Source: Fimbriosthenelais zetlandica (Eukaryota). From it: DNA of 64,000 bases. This document shows positions 52,942 to 64,000 of this stretch, one piece after another (the stretch's first letter is position 1; the number at the start of each line of letters is the position of its first letter). The notes below the pieces were generated by a model. That model was not told the origin of the DNA, searched no databases, and was given only the letters and a program-made list of their open reading frames with translations. The position numbers and the translations under genes are program-made. Location: NCBI GenBank assembly GCA_977030845.1, contig OZ365113.1:12772001-12836000 (forward strand), in the 5' to 3' direction.

Positions 52942-54280
52942 GTTTTCCTGTTTTTCGCGCCGAGCTTCTTCACATTAGTTTGGAGTTTGTATACTCCACG
53001 CTCCACTGCACACACACCCCATATATACAGGTAGAGAAGTCGTCAGAGACTCGGTATTACCTGGCGCGTGAACCATATCATTACACATCACGGCCGTACA
53101 CGGCAAAGTCATTAATCATGCCAGGAGCTGGAGGTGAGAGCATACCTGTAGAAAGATCCTTACTTGATTAACTTGCTAAAGATTCATTACTCTGAAGCCA
53201 AGGTAAAACAACCTGCCACCAAGCACCCTGGGCACGGGTGGAACTTGGTTATTTGCTTTGGAAAGGTACATGAGTTTGGGTTACCTGAACATGCACAGCT
53301 CCTCTTTAAGTTGACCTCCTTAAAATGTGTACTCTGAATGTCACTGAAGCAGAACATTCTATAATAAGCATCACTGCTGAGACTGATTTCATATGTACAC
53401 ACTTCCAGTCAATCCAAGTTTTGTGAAAGAGTAACTAAAGCAACTCTCATATTTGAAGTATTCATGGTTGGACTTCTTTTGATAAGTTCACTTCTAAATT
53501 CCAGGGGTTAAACACTATGTGCCTATGTCCCGGTACGCTGAGAAAATCATTCTGGTACTTGCTCATTGCGTCTTAGTGCAGAGGACACACTTTGGCCTGG
53601 ACTGGAGTACTTAGCCTAAATACACTGACCGCTTAGAGGTATATGGGTATGGCTAGGAATAGTGACCACTACAGCTTATGCCATGGAGGTATACAATCAT
53701 ACGGACAGTGGTAATTAATTAACCCCATATCTCTATAGGAAACATACATTGTATTCTGTGGGATGATACGATATATCGATTGCATAAAGTGGATGCATGT
53801 ACTATATCCCTGCATGATTTGAATGCATAATACAGAGACGACTTTTGAATTGTAAAATCAATAATATTTAATTTTGCATAATGAACATACATGTACACTT
53901 TCAACAAGGACAGAATTATCATTAATCAATTAATGCCATTCCTTGACTGGCCCAAGATGAATAATCAGTAATACTAGTCCCATTCATAATGCGGTAAAAT
54001 GGCAGTGCATTTTGCTGCGTGGGAAATGTTATATGTGTATACATGTAATTATAATAATTATATTATATTGATGTCAATGAGCGATTATACAGACTTTTTA
54101 GTAACAGAAATAAGAAGGGCCAAGCTATTAATGCAAGGCAATCTTGTTTTCTGTCACGGGACAAAATCAAAAGAAAATGTCGCATGATTCAAGGCATGTA
54201 CTGTGCTCTTATATTACCTATATAAGTTAATCTGATGATTTATATATTTAATTATTTAAGCGTGCATAAGTTTCCTATGT

Positions 54281-57200
54281 TTAATGATCACAAAGTTGAG
54301 ACCGTTCTTCAAATTGTTTTTGTACAGCCTTTGACAGCGCATTCAAATAGCGATCCATGGTGACTTTTCGGCTCTGAAAAAAGCAATGGCTTAATTAAGT
54401 AAAAACAGTGAATTCTTTTCAAATGACATTTGTATAACAACGCTTTAGTCTATGGTTATACAAGGGCCAGATTATTTTTCATGAACAGCAATTAATTGGG
54501 GAGAAATCTAAGTTGCATTCAGATTGAATGATGGGATTTATATAATATGCCTTGACAGAGAAAATAATAATAATTGACTTGAAATTCAACAAATCTCACA
54601 TGTTGCCCTACCTGAATATAAAGAGCATGTGCGAGGAAGGGTATTTTCCTAAGTGTGCGACCGCTAAGACCTTGGCTGGCTCTGAAAACCAAAAACAGGA
54701 ATTATAAGAGGAAGGAGGTTGAGTTTACAGTAATTACCTTAATTAAATATTGATACTCTGGACAGTTTTCAACAGAAAACTAATACTAAATAAATTTTGG
54801 CGACAATAAGTTAATAACTAATAATTTTAATTATTAAATATCATCACATCCTACGGTACTTAGGATGTCATCACATCCTACGGTACTTAGGATGTGACTT
54901 AGAGTCAGGAATTGTATTTACTTACATGGCAATTTCTTTTACCCTAAGGCTCACTCGTGTTGCAGAAGACTCCATGAACTGAACTAACTCAAGAGTTTTG
55001 AATGCAAGTAATGATTCAGACGGAGCGATTATTCCACGCTGAAAATAATGAACACAGTTAAGAATCCAGCCATCTGGTGGTCAAACTTAAAAAATATACT
55101 CAATCAATAAACACTACATACTTGCATTGTTAATTTCATCCAAGTTAAACTTGGGGCCTTTGAGAACTTCACGCAACACAACTCATCATTCCCATCATGA
55201 AAGATTCTTAACTTGAAGAATATTGATTAATTTATACATTAATTAGCAAGACAAGACATACCTTCATGAGTTCACTCAAAGCGGAGAGGTATATTTTATA
55301 GATGGCTGCTGGAGTAGGCAGACCTATGAACTGTTTGATATCTGCTCGATCAACAAAAGCTAGATCTATAGCACCCGTGATGTTGGACGTCGTCAGTATG
55401 ATAACGTTAGGGCACCTGAAAATTAAACCAACCGTCAATAATGTAGAAATGTAAAAGTTTTTCCTCTTGTCAAATTGTTACTAAAGTGTGAATTCAATAT
55501 TATATTTACAAGTTATATTACAGAAAGTGACAAAATAACACATATCCTAACTCACTTAGAGATTTTGTCTATTTGAGTTAGGAGGGCATTGACAACCCGT
55601 ATAGCATCAGACGGTTCTGTCCCTGCCATGGCAGACTTCCTCGCTGCTGTTAAGCTCTCCACCTTCAGGGACAAACGAGAAACACAATTTAAAATTAAAT
55701 GAAAAAGAACAGTTGATTAAGAACATGTTATAAATCTTTGGAATAATACCAAATTAGCAAGAAATTCACTCACCTCATCTATTAGTACAAATATAAGCGA
55801 TTCTTGGTCATCAATCAAATCTTGGATTTTCTGGAACATCTTCTGGACAAGCTTTCCACTCTGAAAGGATTCTTCAATTGAGGCTCGACAATTTTGTTAC
55901 AGGGCAAAAAGTCATGTCTTAAGAAGACCAAAATATATTGTTACAAATTCTGTCAAATGTCATCACAATCCTTACCTCTGAGAACCATTTGGAGAAAAGA
56001 CTGTGGCTGTTGATTTCAATAAGTTGACCATAGCAATAACGCTCAGACATGATGATGGACAATTTTTGAGCCAAGGCTTTACAAAGAGAAGTCTTCCCAG
56101 TTCCTGGAGGTCCTGGAAGGTTAAAGAAAATTATACGGACCCGCATTCATTTCAAGAGGAAAAATCCTGAAGTAATTGATTTTTAGTAAAACTAAAGATT
56201 CTGACTAGACTTACCATGAAGAAGAATAACTCGATTCCAGGATATAACATTGCTGTCAACTCCTTCATCAGAGAATATCAAGGCGGTCTTGGCGTATTGT
56301 AAAAGCTGCAGTGTAATATTGAGAAAAAGGGTTCAGTTCGGCTAATCATACCAGCTGTGAGGAAAATTGCATTGTTTATTCCCTTTCCTTCACTGATGCA
56401 GTGAGGGACGCATTCTGTCAAATTGAGTCATTGATCTCTCATATTTAAAGCAGAGTTCAATTTTTTTCCATCTAATTTCTCGGTCTCAGCTTTGGGAATA
56501 TGGATTGGACCGGAGACGTGAAGGTGATGGTAAAGTGGAAATCACCTGAGTTTTTATGTTCTTTTCAAAGACCAAATTTTCCCAGAGACCATCAAAATCT
56601 CTAGCTGGTAGAAGCCAGTGGTTGGCTGCTGCTAGATCCTCCTCCTCCCCCTCCAACTCCTCAGCAGCAGGACCATCTTCTTGAAGATGGAAAATACAGA
56701 TTGAAATGTTGTGCTGGGACAAATCAATGCCCTAGAGAAAAGAAGATGAGAAAGAATTAATGAGTTACAATTATTAAAATGTAGGGGGCTAGAGCCGCAG
56801 TTTACGTACCGATATATATACTGTAGGCTTACAGAATCCTCAGAAGATGGTAGGCCACACATATGAATGTTTTTATTTTATTTTATGGAATAAACTAATA
56901 TAAAATTCCAGCTAGTATTTGTAAATTTATTAGGGTACGTATTAAATCTGTAAGGGTATATACCGGTATACCGTATCACTTAAAGACGGTAGGACATTAA
57001 TATGTTGTTTTTTTATGGAATAAACTATATATTATTTGTATATATTTATATCACTTGTTGCGTGTTTTAACGTATCTAATTAAGCCTAATTTAAGGTGTT
57101 ATTTTAATAAATATGTCTAAAACAACTCACCTGGTCGTCTAGACTGAGTAGGTCAGTGTCCCTCACAGCTACACTGACTACATTCTCAGTGAGGAATGGA

Positions 57201-57736
57201 TCTTGAAACTCGGTCAGTATTAAATCATCATAGAAAACATTGATGGATTCTAAGAGTTTCATCACGTGTTCTTTAACTAAACTTTTCTTCATGATACTGG
57301 AAAAAAGAATAGATTAATCTATATTGTAACATGAACATATTATAAAAGGCTTAGTTTTTTATAGCGTAGGCGTACCGTATGGATTTTTCCAAAAGAAAAG
57401 GGGGAAACCCTAAAAAGGTAGTTTTTTTGTTTTTTTAAAGTATTTAGGGGGGGGGGGGGCAGGCAGCCCCCCCCCCCCCCTCCCCTATATACCCGCCTGT
57501 ACAGCTACTATACTACAAGACTAAATTGTAATTTTTTAGATTAATATTATAATAGGTCTTGGTCTAGATCAATGAAGGAAATTTACTAACCTTAAAGGGA
57601 CCTGACAAACCTCTACATGTATAGTCTGAGGGCAGTGAGGTGAGGTGGATTCGGTATGATCCCCACCATTCTTGATACCATTACACGGATCCCCTGGCTC
57701 CGATAGAACTTCTTTTAATTCCGATAAGCACTCCAT
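54281..57736 (-). CDS. TRIP13: Pachytene checkpoint protein 2 homolog, AAA+ ATPase (TRIP13/PCH2)
   Basis: 11 coding exons, all GT-AG and in phase: 57736-57591, 57296-57131, 56731-56546, 56305-56215, 56112-55976, 55860-55774, 55662-55556, 55415-55262, 55038-54926, 54681-54612, 54373-54281. Motifs: ANHWLLPA, Walker [18 protein letters not shown], Walker [36 protein letters not shown]. Confidence 0.97.
54844..54897. repeat. Two tandem 27 bp hairpin units (tcacatccta-cggtact-taggatgt) in a TRIP13 intron
   Basis: Near-exact tandem duplication; each unit has an 8-10 bp stem and 7 nt loop. Confidence 0.85.
57447..57480. repeat. G13-caggcag-C14 inverted homopolymer in TRIP13 intron 1
   Basis: Directly visible; probably a remnant of a small non-autonomous DNA element. 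Confidence 0.75.
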
Positions 57737-57748
57737 TTATTATTCTTT

Positions 57749-58165
57749 CTGGAAATGTTAAAAATATTTCAAATGACCCTTCTGATAATAAAGAAAAGGC
57801 CAAGAGAAGTTACAATCTAGGTCCACAAGTTATGGCGTTTGTATTTGGCGGTACTTGTCTCGTCCACGACCTCAAGATCACGCGAGAGTTAGCTCAATAT
57901 GATGCCGTTCACAAAAGTCAAATCAGTCGCCATAAAAGTAACACTGCATAAAGTAGAAGACTTTTCATGTTTATATCACCTCCTCGACTACTCAAATGAG
58001 TTCATACTAGGTATGTGATTTTCTGGCGATCCTTTCAACTTTTCTGTGGAGGAAATGTTCATCCCGATGTCTCATGAACGGAGCATTGGTGGCTAACCAT
58101 TCTTTGTTGATGTCTGTCCACTGACAGGTCAACTGACAGCTGGTGCACGGAATCGCGGAGATATA
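57749..58165. promoter_or_regulatory. Compact bidirectional promoter region between TRIP13 and ACOT8
   Basis: Start codons at 57736 (-) and 58166 (+) are ~430 bp apart and divergent; an acceptor at 57749-57751 implies a TRIP13 5'UTR exon inside this interval. Confidence 0.65.
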
Positions 58166-59942
58166 ATGGATCAAAGACCGATTCCAGCCCCTCGAAGCTT
58201 AGCAGAAAGTTTCTTGCGATTAGAAAAGATAGACAGGGACCTATACAGGTGGTTTTTGATTTCCTAAACTTTTGTCATTCATCACTTTTGGGGATTTCTT
58301 TAGTTGTATCGTGGCCCTAGTCTAGGCGGCGGCCTAGTCGCTAGACCGTGGCACTGCCCTTATGAACTTGGCCTGGGCGGGGCTACACTGCAGCACAGGC
58401 CGAGCTGACTATCATCATTTATACTAATTCTAGAAGTACAAAACTATGGAAACCGGTGGGAGGACGTGGAGTGTTCGGTGGACAAGTTGTTGGACAAGCC
58501 CTAGTGGCTGCAGGTCATACGAAGCCAGATAATGTGGAAGTCCATAGTATACACTGTTACTTTATTAGAGCAGGTACGGTAGCGGGTAGATAAATATAAG
58601 CATCCCTTTACAACTTATAAAATTATAGGCCTCTTATTATTGTATTGATTTCCCCATTGGCTTATAATGCCTTATAATCTTACGATTTTAATTCAAATTA
58701 ATCAGGAAATCAATTTGATCTTTGGATATAGAAATTACCTATATAAGTATATTTTCAATTTCAGGTCAGGCCTCTAGCCCTATAATATACAATGTGGAGC
58801 GTCTTAGCAATGGAAAGAGTTTTTCTACTCGTTTAGTGAAGGCGGTTCAGAATGGGGAGGCAATACTAACCATGCAGGTATCCTACCACAGACATGAGGA
58901 GGCAGTCCTCACCTATCAGTCCACCATGCCCAGAGTGCCTTCTCCTGACGAATTGCTAAGTGTACCAGACATCTTAAAAGAAATGCTCACGTAATATTGT
59001 TTTACTGTTTCAGAATTCCATTTCTGTTCTGTTCCGTATAAATTATATGGAAGATATAGGCCTATGATTAAAATATTTTCATTCACAGGAGGTCCGACAT
59101 TTCCCCCAAAGCCAGGGAAAGAATCAATCTTCAGTTGGCTCAGGAAGTGCCTATAGAACTGCGACCAGTGGACCCGGGTATTCATTTCATGACCAGACCA
59201 AACCCGGATCACAAACTTCTCACATGGGTCCGAGCCAAGGGCGATATCGGTGTGTTTTTCGATATTCTAAGTATATCTGATTTAAAACCATTCTCAGTAT
59301 CATTATATATTTACTCAGAATATCCATAGGCTCACTCACAGATTTGGAAACGCAAGATTTGTTGAAAGTTAAAGTTGACTAACGATTTCTTCCTCTGTGG
59401 GACAAGGTGATGACGAGAATCTGCACCGATGTATAGCGGCCTATCTGTCTGATATGACCCTGTTACGGTCTATCCTCACTATAGACAGCAGGTTTAAAGT
59501 GACTATGATGGTATCACTGGATCATACCATCTGGTTCCACGCTCCATTCAGGGCGGACGAGTGGATGCTGTATGAATGTGTAGCTCAAAGGGCTGGTGAG
59601 TGGTCATCTATACCCCTGACAAACTATTCATTTATATTTCAGAAAAATTCTCCTTTTATTCCTGGTTAGAATGAAAGAATTAAATGAAAAAAAATTATAT
59701 CACAGGTGTTAACCTTGAAGTCAGAAGATTATAACGTTATATTTTTAATTTCTCCTAAACGTCTTAAATCACTATCGCTTTTGTAATTAATTATACTATA
59801 TTTCCCGCGCCCTGCTTCCCTTGCAGTTGGGAATCGTGGCTTGGCATTAGGTCGTTTGTGGAAACAGAATGGTACCCTCGCCATCTCCGTGGCCCAAGAA
59901 GGTTTAATAAGAGGGGAGATAGTGAATCAGAGCAAATTGTGA
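58166..59942 (+). CDS. ACOT8: Peroxisomal acyl-CoA thioesterase 8 (TesB family)
   Basis: Six in-phase exons: 58166-58248, 58434-58573, 58765-58990, 59089-59249, 59407-59595, 59827-59942. Motifs [44 protein letters not shown]; C-terminal PTS1 SKL. Confidence 0.96.
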
Positions 59943-59969
59943 CGAGCTGTTTAACTTTTACTCCTGTGT

Positions 59970-59975
59970 AATAAA
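59970..59975 (+). terminator. Probable polyadenylation signal of ACOT8
   Basis: AATAAA about 28 nt after the stop codon. Confidence 0.55.
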
Positions 59976-60502
59976 TAAATGTATTGAAGGTAAGTGTCAA
60001 AGATATATTCCTTATTTAATATGGCTTTTATTTAAATAAGCAAAAAGGTGGAGCAGACATGAATCTCAATATTAAACAAGGCGATAATCTCGATTAAATC
60101 CGTCAGATGTCGCATAATCAAGTTCCGAATTAATCTACTCTCCCAATAGACAGCTGCACAAGACAAATGTGGTTATATTAACAAAAATGACTGAATCTTG
60201 TACAAAGACAAAGACAAACAAAATATCAATAGGTTCAAGTGTTTTCATGAAATCAAGTGTGTACGCTCAGAGTCGCAGATATAAGCCACTCAAATGTCTT
60301 GCATTTACTTAAATATGCAATAAGGTGGAGTAGGCATGGACCTCAACTTATAATTAACTTATATTCAACAAGGTGCAGGTATGCTTTCACTTCTTGAATT
60401 ATAGTTAGGTGTATGATATGCATTCACTTGTTTCCCATGAAGCGTTAATCTAAAAAATCCCAAAGTGACAAGCAACATTCAATCGGCATATTAGTTACAG
60501 AA

Positions 60503-63500
60503 TTAACGAAAAGACGCTTTGAGGACACGATCGCCCAGGTTCATGGTACAGCGATAATTATCCCGGATATATCGCTCCTCGTCCTCGGTGGGAGACGCTG
60601 AACCTCCTTCCTTGGAATATTTTCTCAAATCACGGAACACCTCCATCTGAAAGACAGAGTAATAATACTAAATTGGTCCTGAATATATAACTGTCTAAAG
60701 GGAGGAAGAAATGGTTAAATAACGACATCTGAAAGTCTTTTTGTAAATACTTACCTGTTTATGCGATACTTTAATTGGGTTTCTCATCACAATCCACTGG
60801 ACAGACTCGTTGTAAGGCGCAACTGTGAGGGAGCCTGGGTATGTCCAGTACTCCATACTACGTGCTAGAAGGAAAAAATAGATCACTGTGAAAAGCAATC
60901 ATTTACCAGCTAGCTTTGTACTTATAATCACGAGTTGTTAACCGTCTTTATACACCACGGGTTATTTGAGAGACAAATTTATTTGATGAAATTTACAAGT
61001 CCGGTAACTCACCTGGTAGGATAGACCCAGGATCAAAGAAGTGATGGGGGACTTCACACGATGCTCCCTTGTAGCGGATAGAAGCAAATACATCAAGCAA
61101 ACCCTGGATACCTTGGTGTTTCTCATTAGACGACTGCAAGAGAAATATTCAAACATCAGTCACTGACATAGGCCTAGAGAGAGTAACTTCCCCCCACGCT
61201 CCTCACATGAATGGATGACAAGGAAAAAGAGAAAGTTTGAGACTCTACCTCCAGGAAGACTCCAATCACACAGAGGCCATTTTCATACTTTGCAGCCTCG
61301 TTGAAATTTTTGAAGAGATCCTTGTTCCAGTGGACTAGATGAAGCTGTAAAAGAACGTATCTGTTTATGGGAGGACCTTTTGAATATCCCATGAAGTTTT
61401 TTGACCACAAATTCAAGCTATTACATTTTTTATAATGTTTAGGTAAGGAACAATTACCTCAGCAGCATAGCCTGAGCCATTGATTGTGTGTTCAGATCCC
61501 TTGTGATCCTCTGTACCCCAATGGAAATGGAAATGATCGAGACAGAACCTTGTGTCCTCAAGAGGACCTCCATGTAGGTCTGATATGTGAACAAAATATG
61601 GAAGTACCTTAATGTGTCGTTAAGCATATTACAATTTACAAATTTATTTTATTTTCTATACAATATTACTGTGAAAATAAAGTGTTATCTCATAACGTAC
61701 CAGAACCTCTGCAATCCACAGTGATTTTAACTGTGGTACCTGTATTGATTAAAGACTTGGTATTCTCGGGGACGTAGTTCATCACCAGTGGCGCCCTCGC
61801 CAGGGTATCATCAAAAACAGCATCATCTGGGCAAATATCAATGGGCGACTGGAATTTACCCGAGTTCCCAGCTACAAGAAAATATTTCATTTGAGTGTCC
61901 TTTCCTTAAAACTTGCTGTAATTGATGACGAATTTTTTAAGTGCAGGCTACTTAATAATTCTAGCTCAAAGAATAGGGCATGAGATGCCTTATTCAGGTT
62001 TTCAACGGCTAAGTTGGTTTGAAATTGTATGGTAAGTCTTCGGTATTTACCCAATGGAGGCTTTGGCTTTTCATTTGGCTTCTCAGTCAGTAGTTGTGAT
62101 CTGTCACTTTCCTTCTCAGGCACGTCATCGAAGGTATAGATTATCTTGGGTGTTGGTTTCTTGGCCACATAATCGCCTTCGTCATCGTCTGTAGGCGTGA
62201 TGGGGGCAAGCTGGTAGGAGTTCTTTTCCAAGAGCAAATTATATATGATATAATCCACATATATAAGCCCTACCAATATTACTAAATGATACACTTATAT
62301 ACTGAAATATGTTCTATGTTCTTGACAAATTGTGTTTCAGTTACGTTAAAAATTGTTATATTCTATATTAATAATTTGTCTTCCAGCTTTATTATGATCT
62401 GTATATATTAATTTATCTGTAGCCCTCTGTAGCATACCTTGTGTTTAGAAGGGGTGAACATTTGCCTTTTGCTACCATTGTAGCGGTTGAAATAGAAGCC
62501 AAGTAGGAAGAAGATGATGGCGCAGGTAAAGACAACTATGATGATGGGTGCAGCTCCTATCGGCTCTGATTTAGTGGCAGCCTGTGATATATAAATGAGC
62601 ACATATTCTACCTGTCAGCAACAAGCCAAGGGTATACATACACCCCCGTCAATCAATTCTTACAGTAGTACGAATATACTGAAATTATGGCCTTGTGATT
62701 TAGTACAATGTCAAAGAATGTTATATATAACAATAGTGCCAATGTAATATGTTTGACCAATTCTGAAAACATATTTCCAAGGTAATACAGAAAATTTATC
62801 AATAATAGCTTTTATAATGTGTATCTTCAAGAATGATTAGAATATTCACAGCAATAATTATTATAGATGAGTATACAGGGAGAAAAGAAGTTAAAATCAT
62901 GATTTTCCTGTCTGTGACATCCATCGTTGAAAACATTTTGTTGACTAAAAAACATACAGACATAGATTATATGGCTGTGCTAGTCATGAATCCAAACATA
63001 TATTTAGATATTACTCTAGTTGTTTAGATAGAGAGTAAAACAACAACATAAAAATAGCAGATGGATCAATATGTTTGGATCAATATTCAAGTATGATTGC
63101 TGGGAATTTAATACGATGTCTCGTGTGTCTGGTCCATTAAGATGAGCAGTCATGGGAGAGGATTTCTTTCTTTTTAAAAACTGGGCTTGGCTTATTATGC
63201 TCAACATTAAGTAGGAACTTCCAATTCCTCAAAATAATGATACATATTAAATAGAGAAAAATATCTAAAACCTCAACAGATTGTTTGCTGACTTGATCCT
63301 GACCATCTGCAGTATGTTCTGGTATATCCTTGATATCACATGCCGAATCCTCTTTCAGTTCTTGACGATCACAGCGTGGATTGTTTAATGCCTCATCCCT
63401 CTCCGGGGGACTGAGATTTCCAGCTAATTCACCTTCAGAACCTTCTCCAAGGGCGCCATGGATCAACAACAAAAAGAGACAGGAGCTAAGAGCACCTAGC

Positions 63501-63577
63501 CTTAGACCAATCCATGCCCTGGTTCCCTTCTTTTTCCTCCTCTCTCGAACATGAGTCCATATATTGTTAATATTCAT
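60503..63577 (-). CDS. Alpha-carbonic anhydrase with N-terminal signal peptide, small ectodomain and transmembrane helix (~450 aa)
   Basis: Exons 63577-63293 (or 63272), 62581-62438 (TM), 62210 (or 62222)-62051, 61871-61701, 61579-61458, 61344-61249, 61133-61013, 60864-60755, 60646-60503; the phases chain. CA motifs QSPIDI, FHFHWG, GSEH, ELHLVHWN, GLCVIGVFL, YWTYPGSLT, DNYR. The six CA exons are high confidence; their linkage to the three upstream exons is less certain. Confidence 0.85.
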
Positions 63578-64000
63578 AGATGTGATTATAGACAACCAAC
63601 TATATAAGCCGGTATTATGCTTTCACAAGTGTCTTGCAGCTATAATATGATTCTGCCTTCCTATTCACTATATGTCAAATGACTCAGAGGCCTGGAGATG
63701 CTATGTAAGTTGGAAAGCTTTTGGAGCTGCATTCCTCTGCTGTTGCCATCGACAGCAATGTGCCTGTGGCCAGCAACCTTAAAAATCAGCACTCTGTGTT
63801 GGCTTGGTAACCAGACTGCGTGCTAGAAGACGAGGGGGACTGCTCACCTCTGACTATGTGTGAGGGTGGTGCACAGTGTAGGAAATAACCCCATGTATCA
63901 TGATTCACATTAATCATCTATACTGATCTGCTGGGATTTATTCTCATGCCTATATGAAATATATGTGGCTGTCCATGTATGGTTTAAACTCACTTTAATC

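Noticed and set aside
61021-61060. Apparent frameshift in a CA exon
   Set aside because: A recount of the G5 run shows the frame is intact (CEVPHHFFDPGSILP).
63324-63332. ATATCCTT U12-type donor-like motif
   Set aside because: On the strand opposite the CA gene; all introns assigned in the window are ordinary GT-AG.
1-64000. CRISPR arrays, rRNA, tRNA genes, prokaryotic operons
   Set aside because: None seen; the window is intron-containing eukaryotic DNA.

Overview
Eukaryotic, AT-rich invertebrate genomic DNA with spliceosomal introns. An echinoderm-like deuterostome is inferred from sequence style only. The right half holds four well-supported multi-exon genes: a ~21-repeat ankyrin protein (-), TRIP13/PCH2 (-), peroxisomal ACOT8 (+, head-to-head with TRIP13) and an alpha-carbonic anhydrase (-). 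A small acidic orphan gene (-) is also probable. The left ~35 kb has no recognisable protein gene: it contains MITEs, low-complexity tracts, a few isolated exon-like segments and mostly chance ORFs. No rRNA, tRNA or CRISPR array was seen. Three observations stand out. (1) The carbonic anhydrase appears to have signal peptide + small ectodomain + TM helix N-terminal to a cytosolic-type catalytic domain, so the enzyme would face the cytosol, the inverse of CA9/12/14. (2) The ankyrin protein follows a strict 33-37-37 residue super-repeat, with an RVxF-like motif and an acidic DEGYGx2 insertion. (3) The octamer TAGGCCTA is strongly enriched and matches the expected excision footprint of a TA-flanked GGCC-terminal MITE present in the window. 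All exon structures were read by hand from splice sites and frame, without transcript data.
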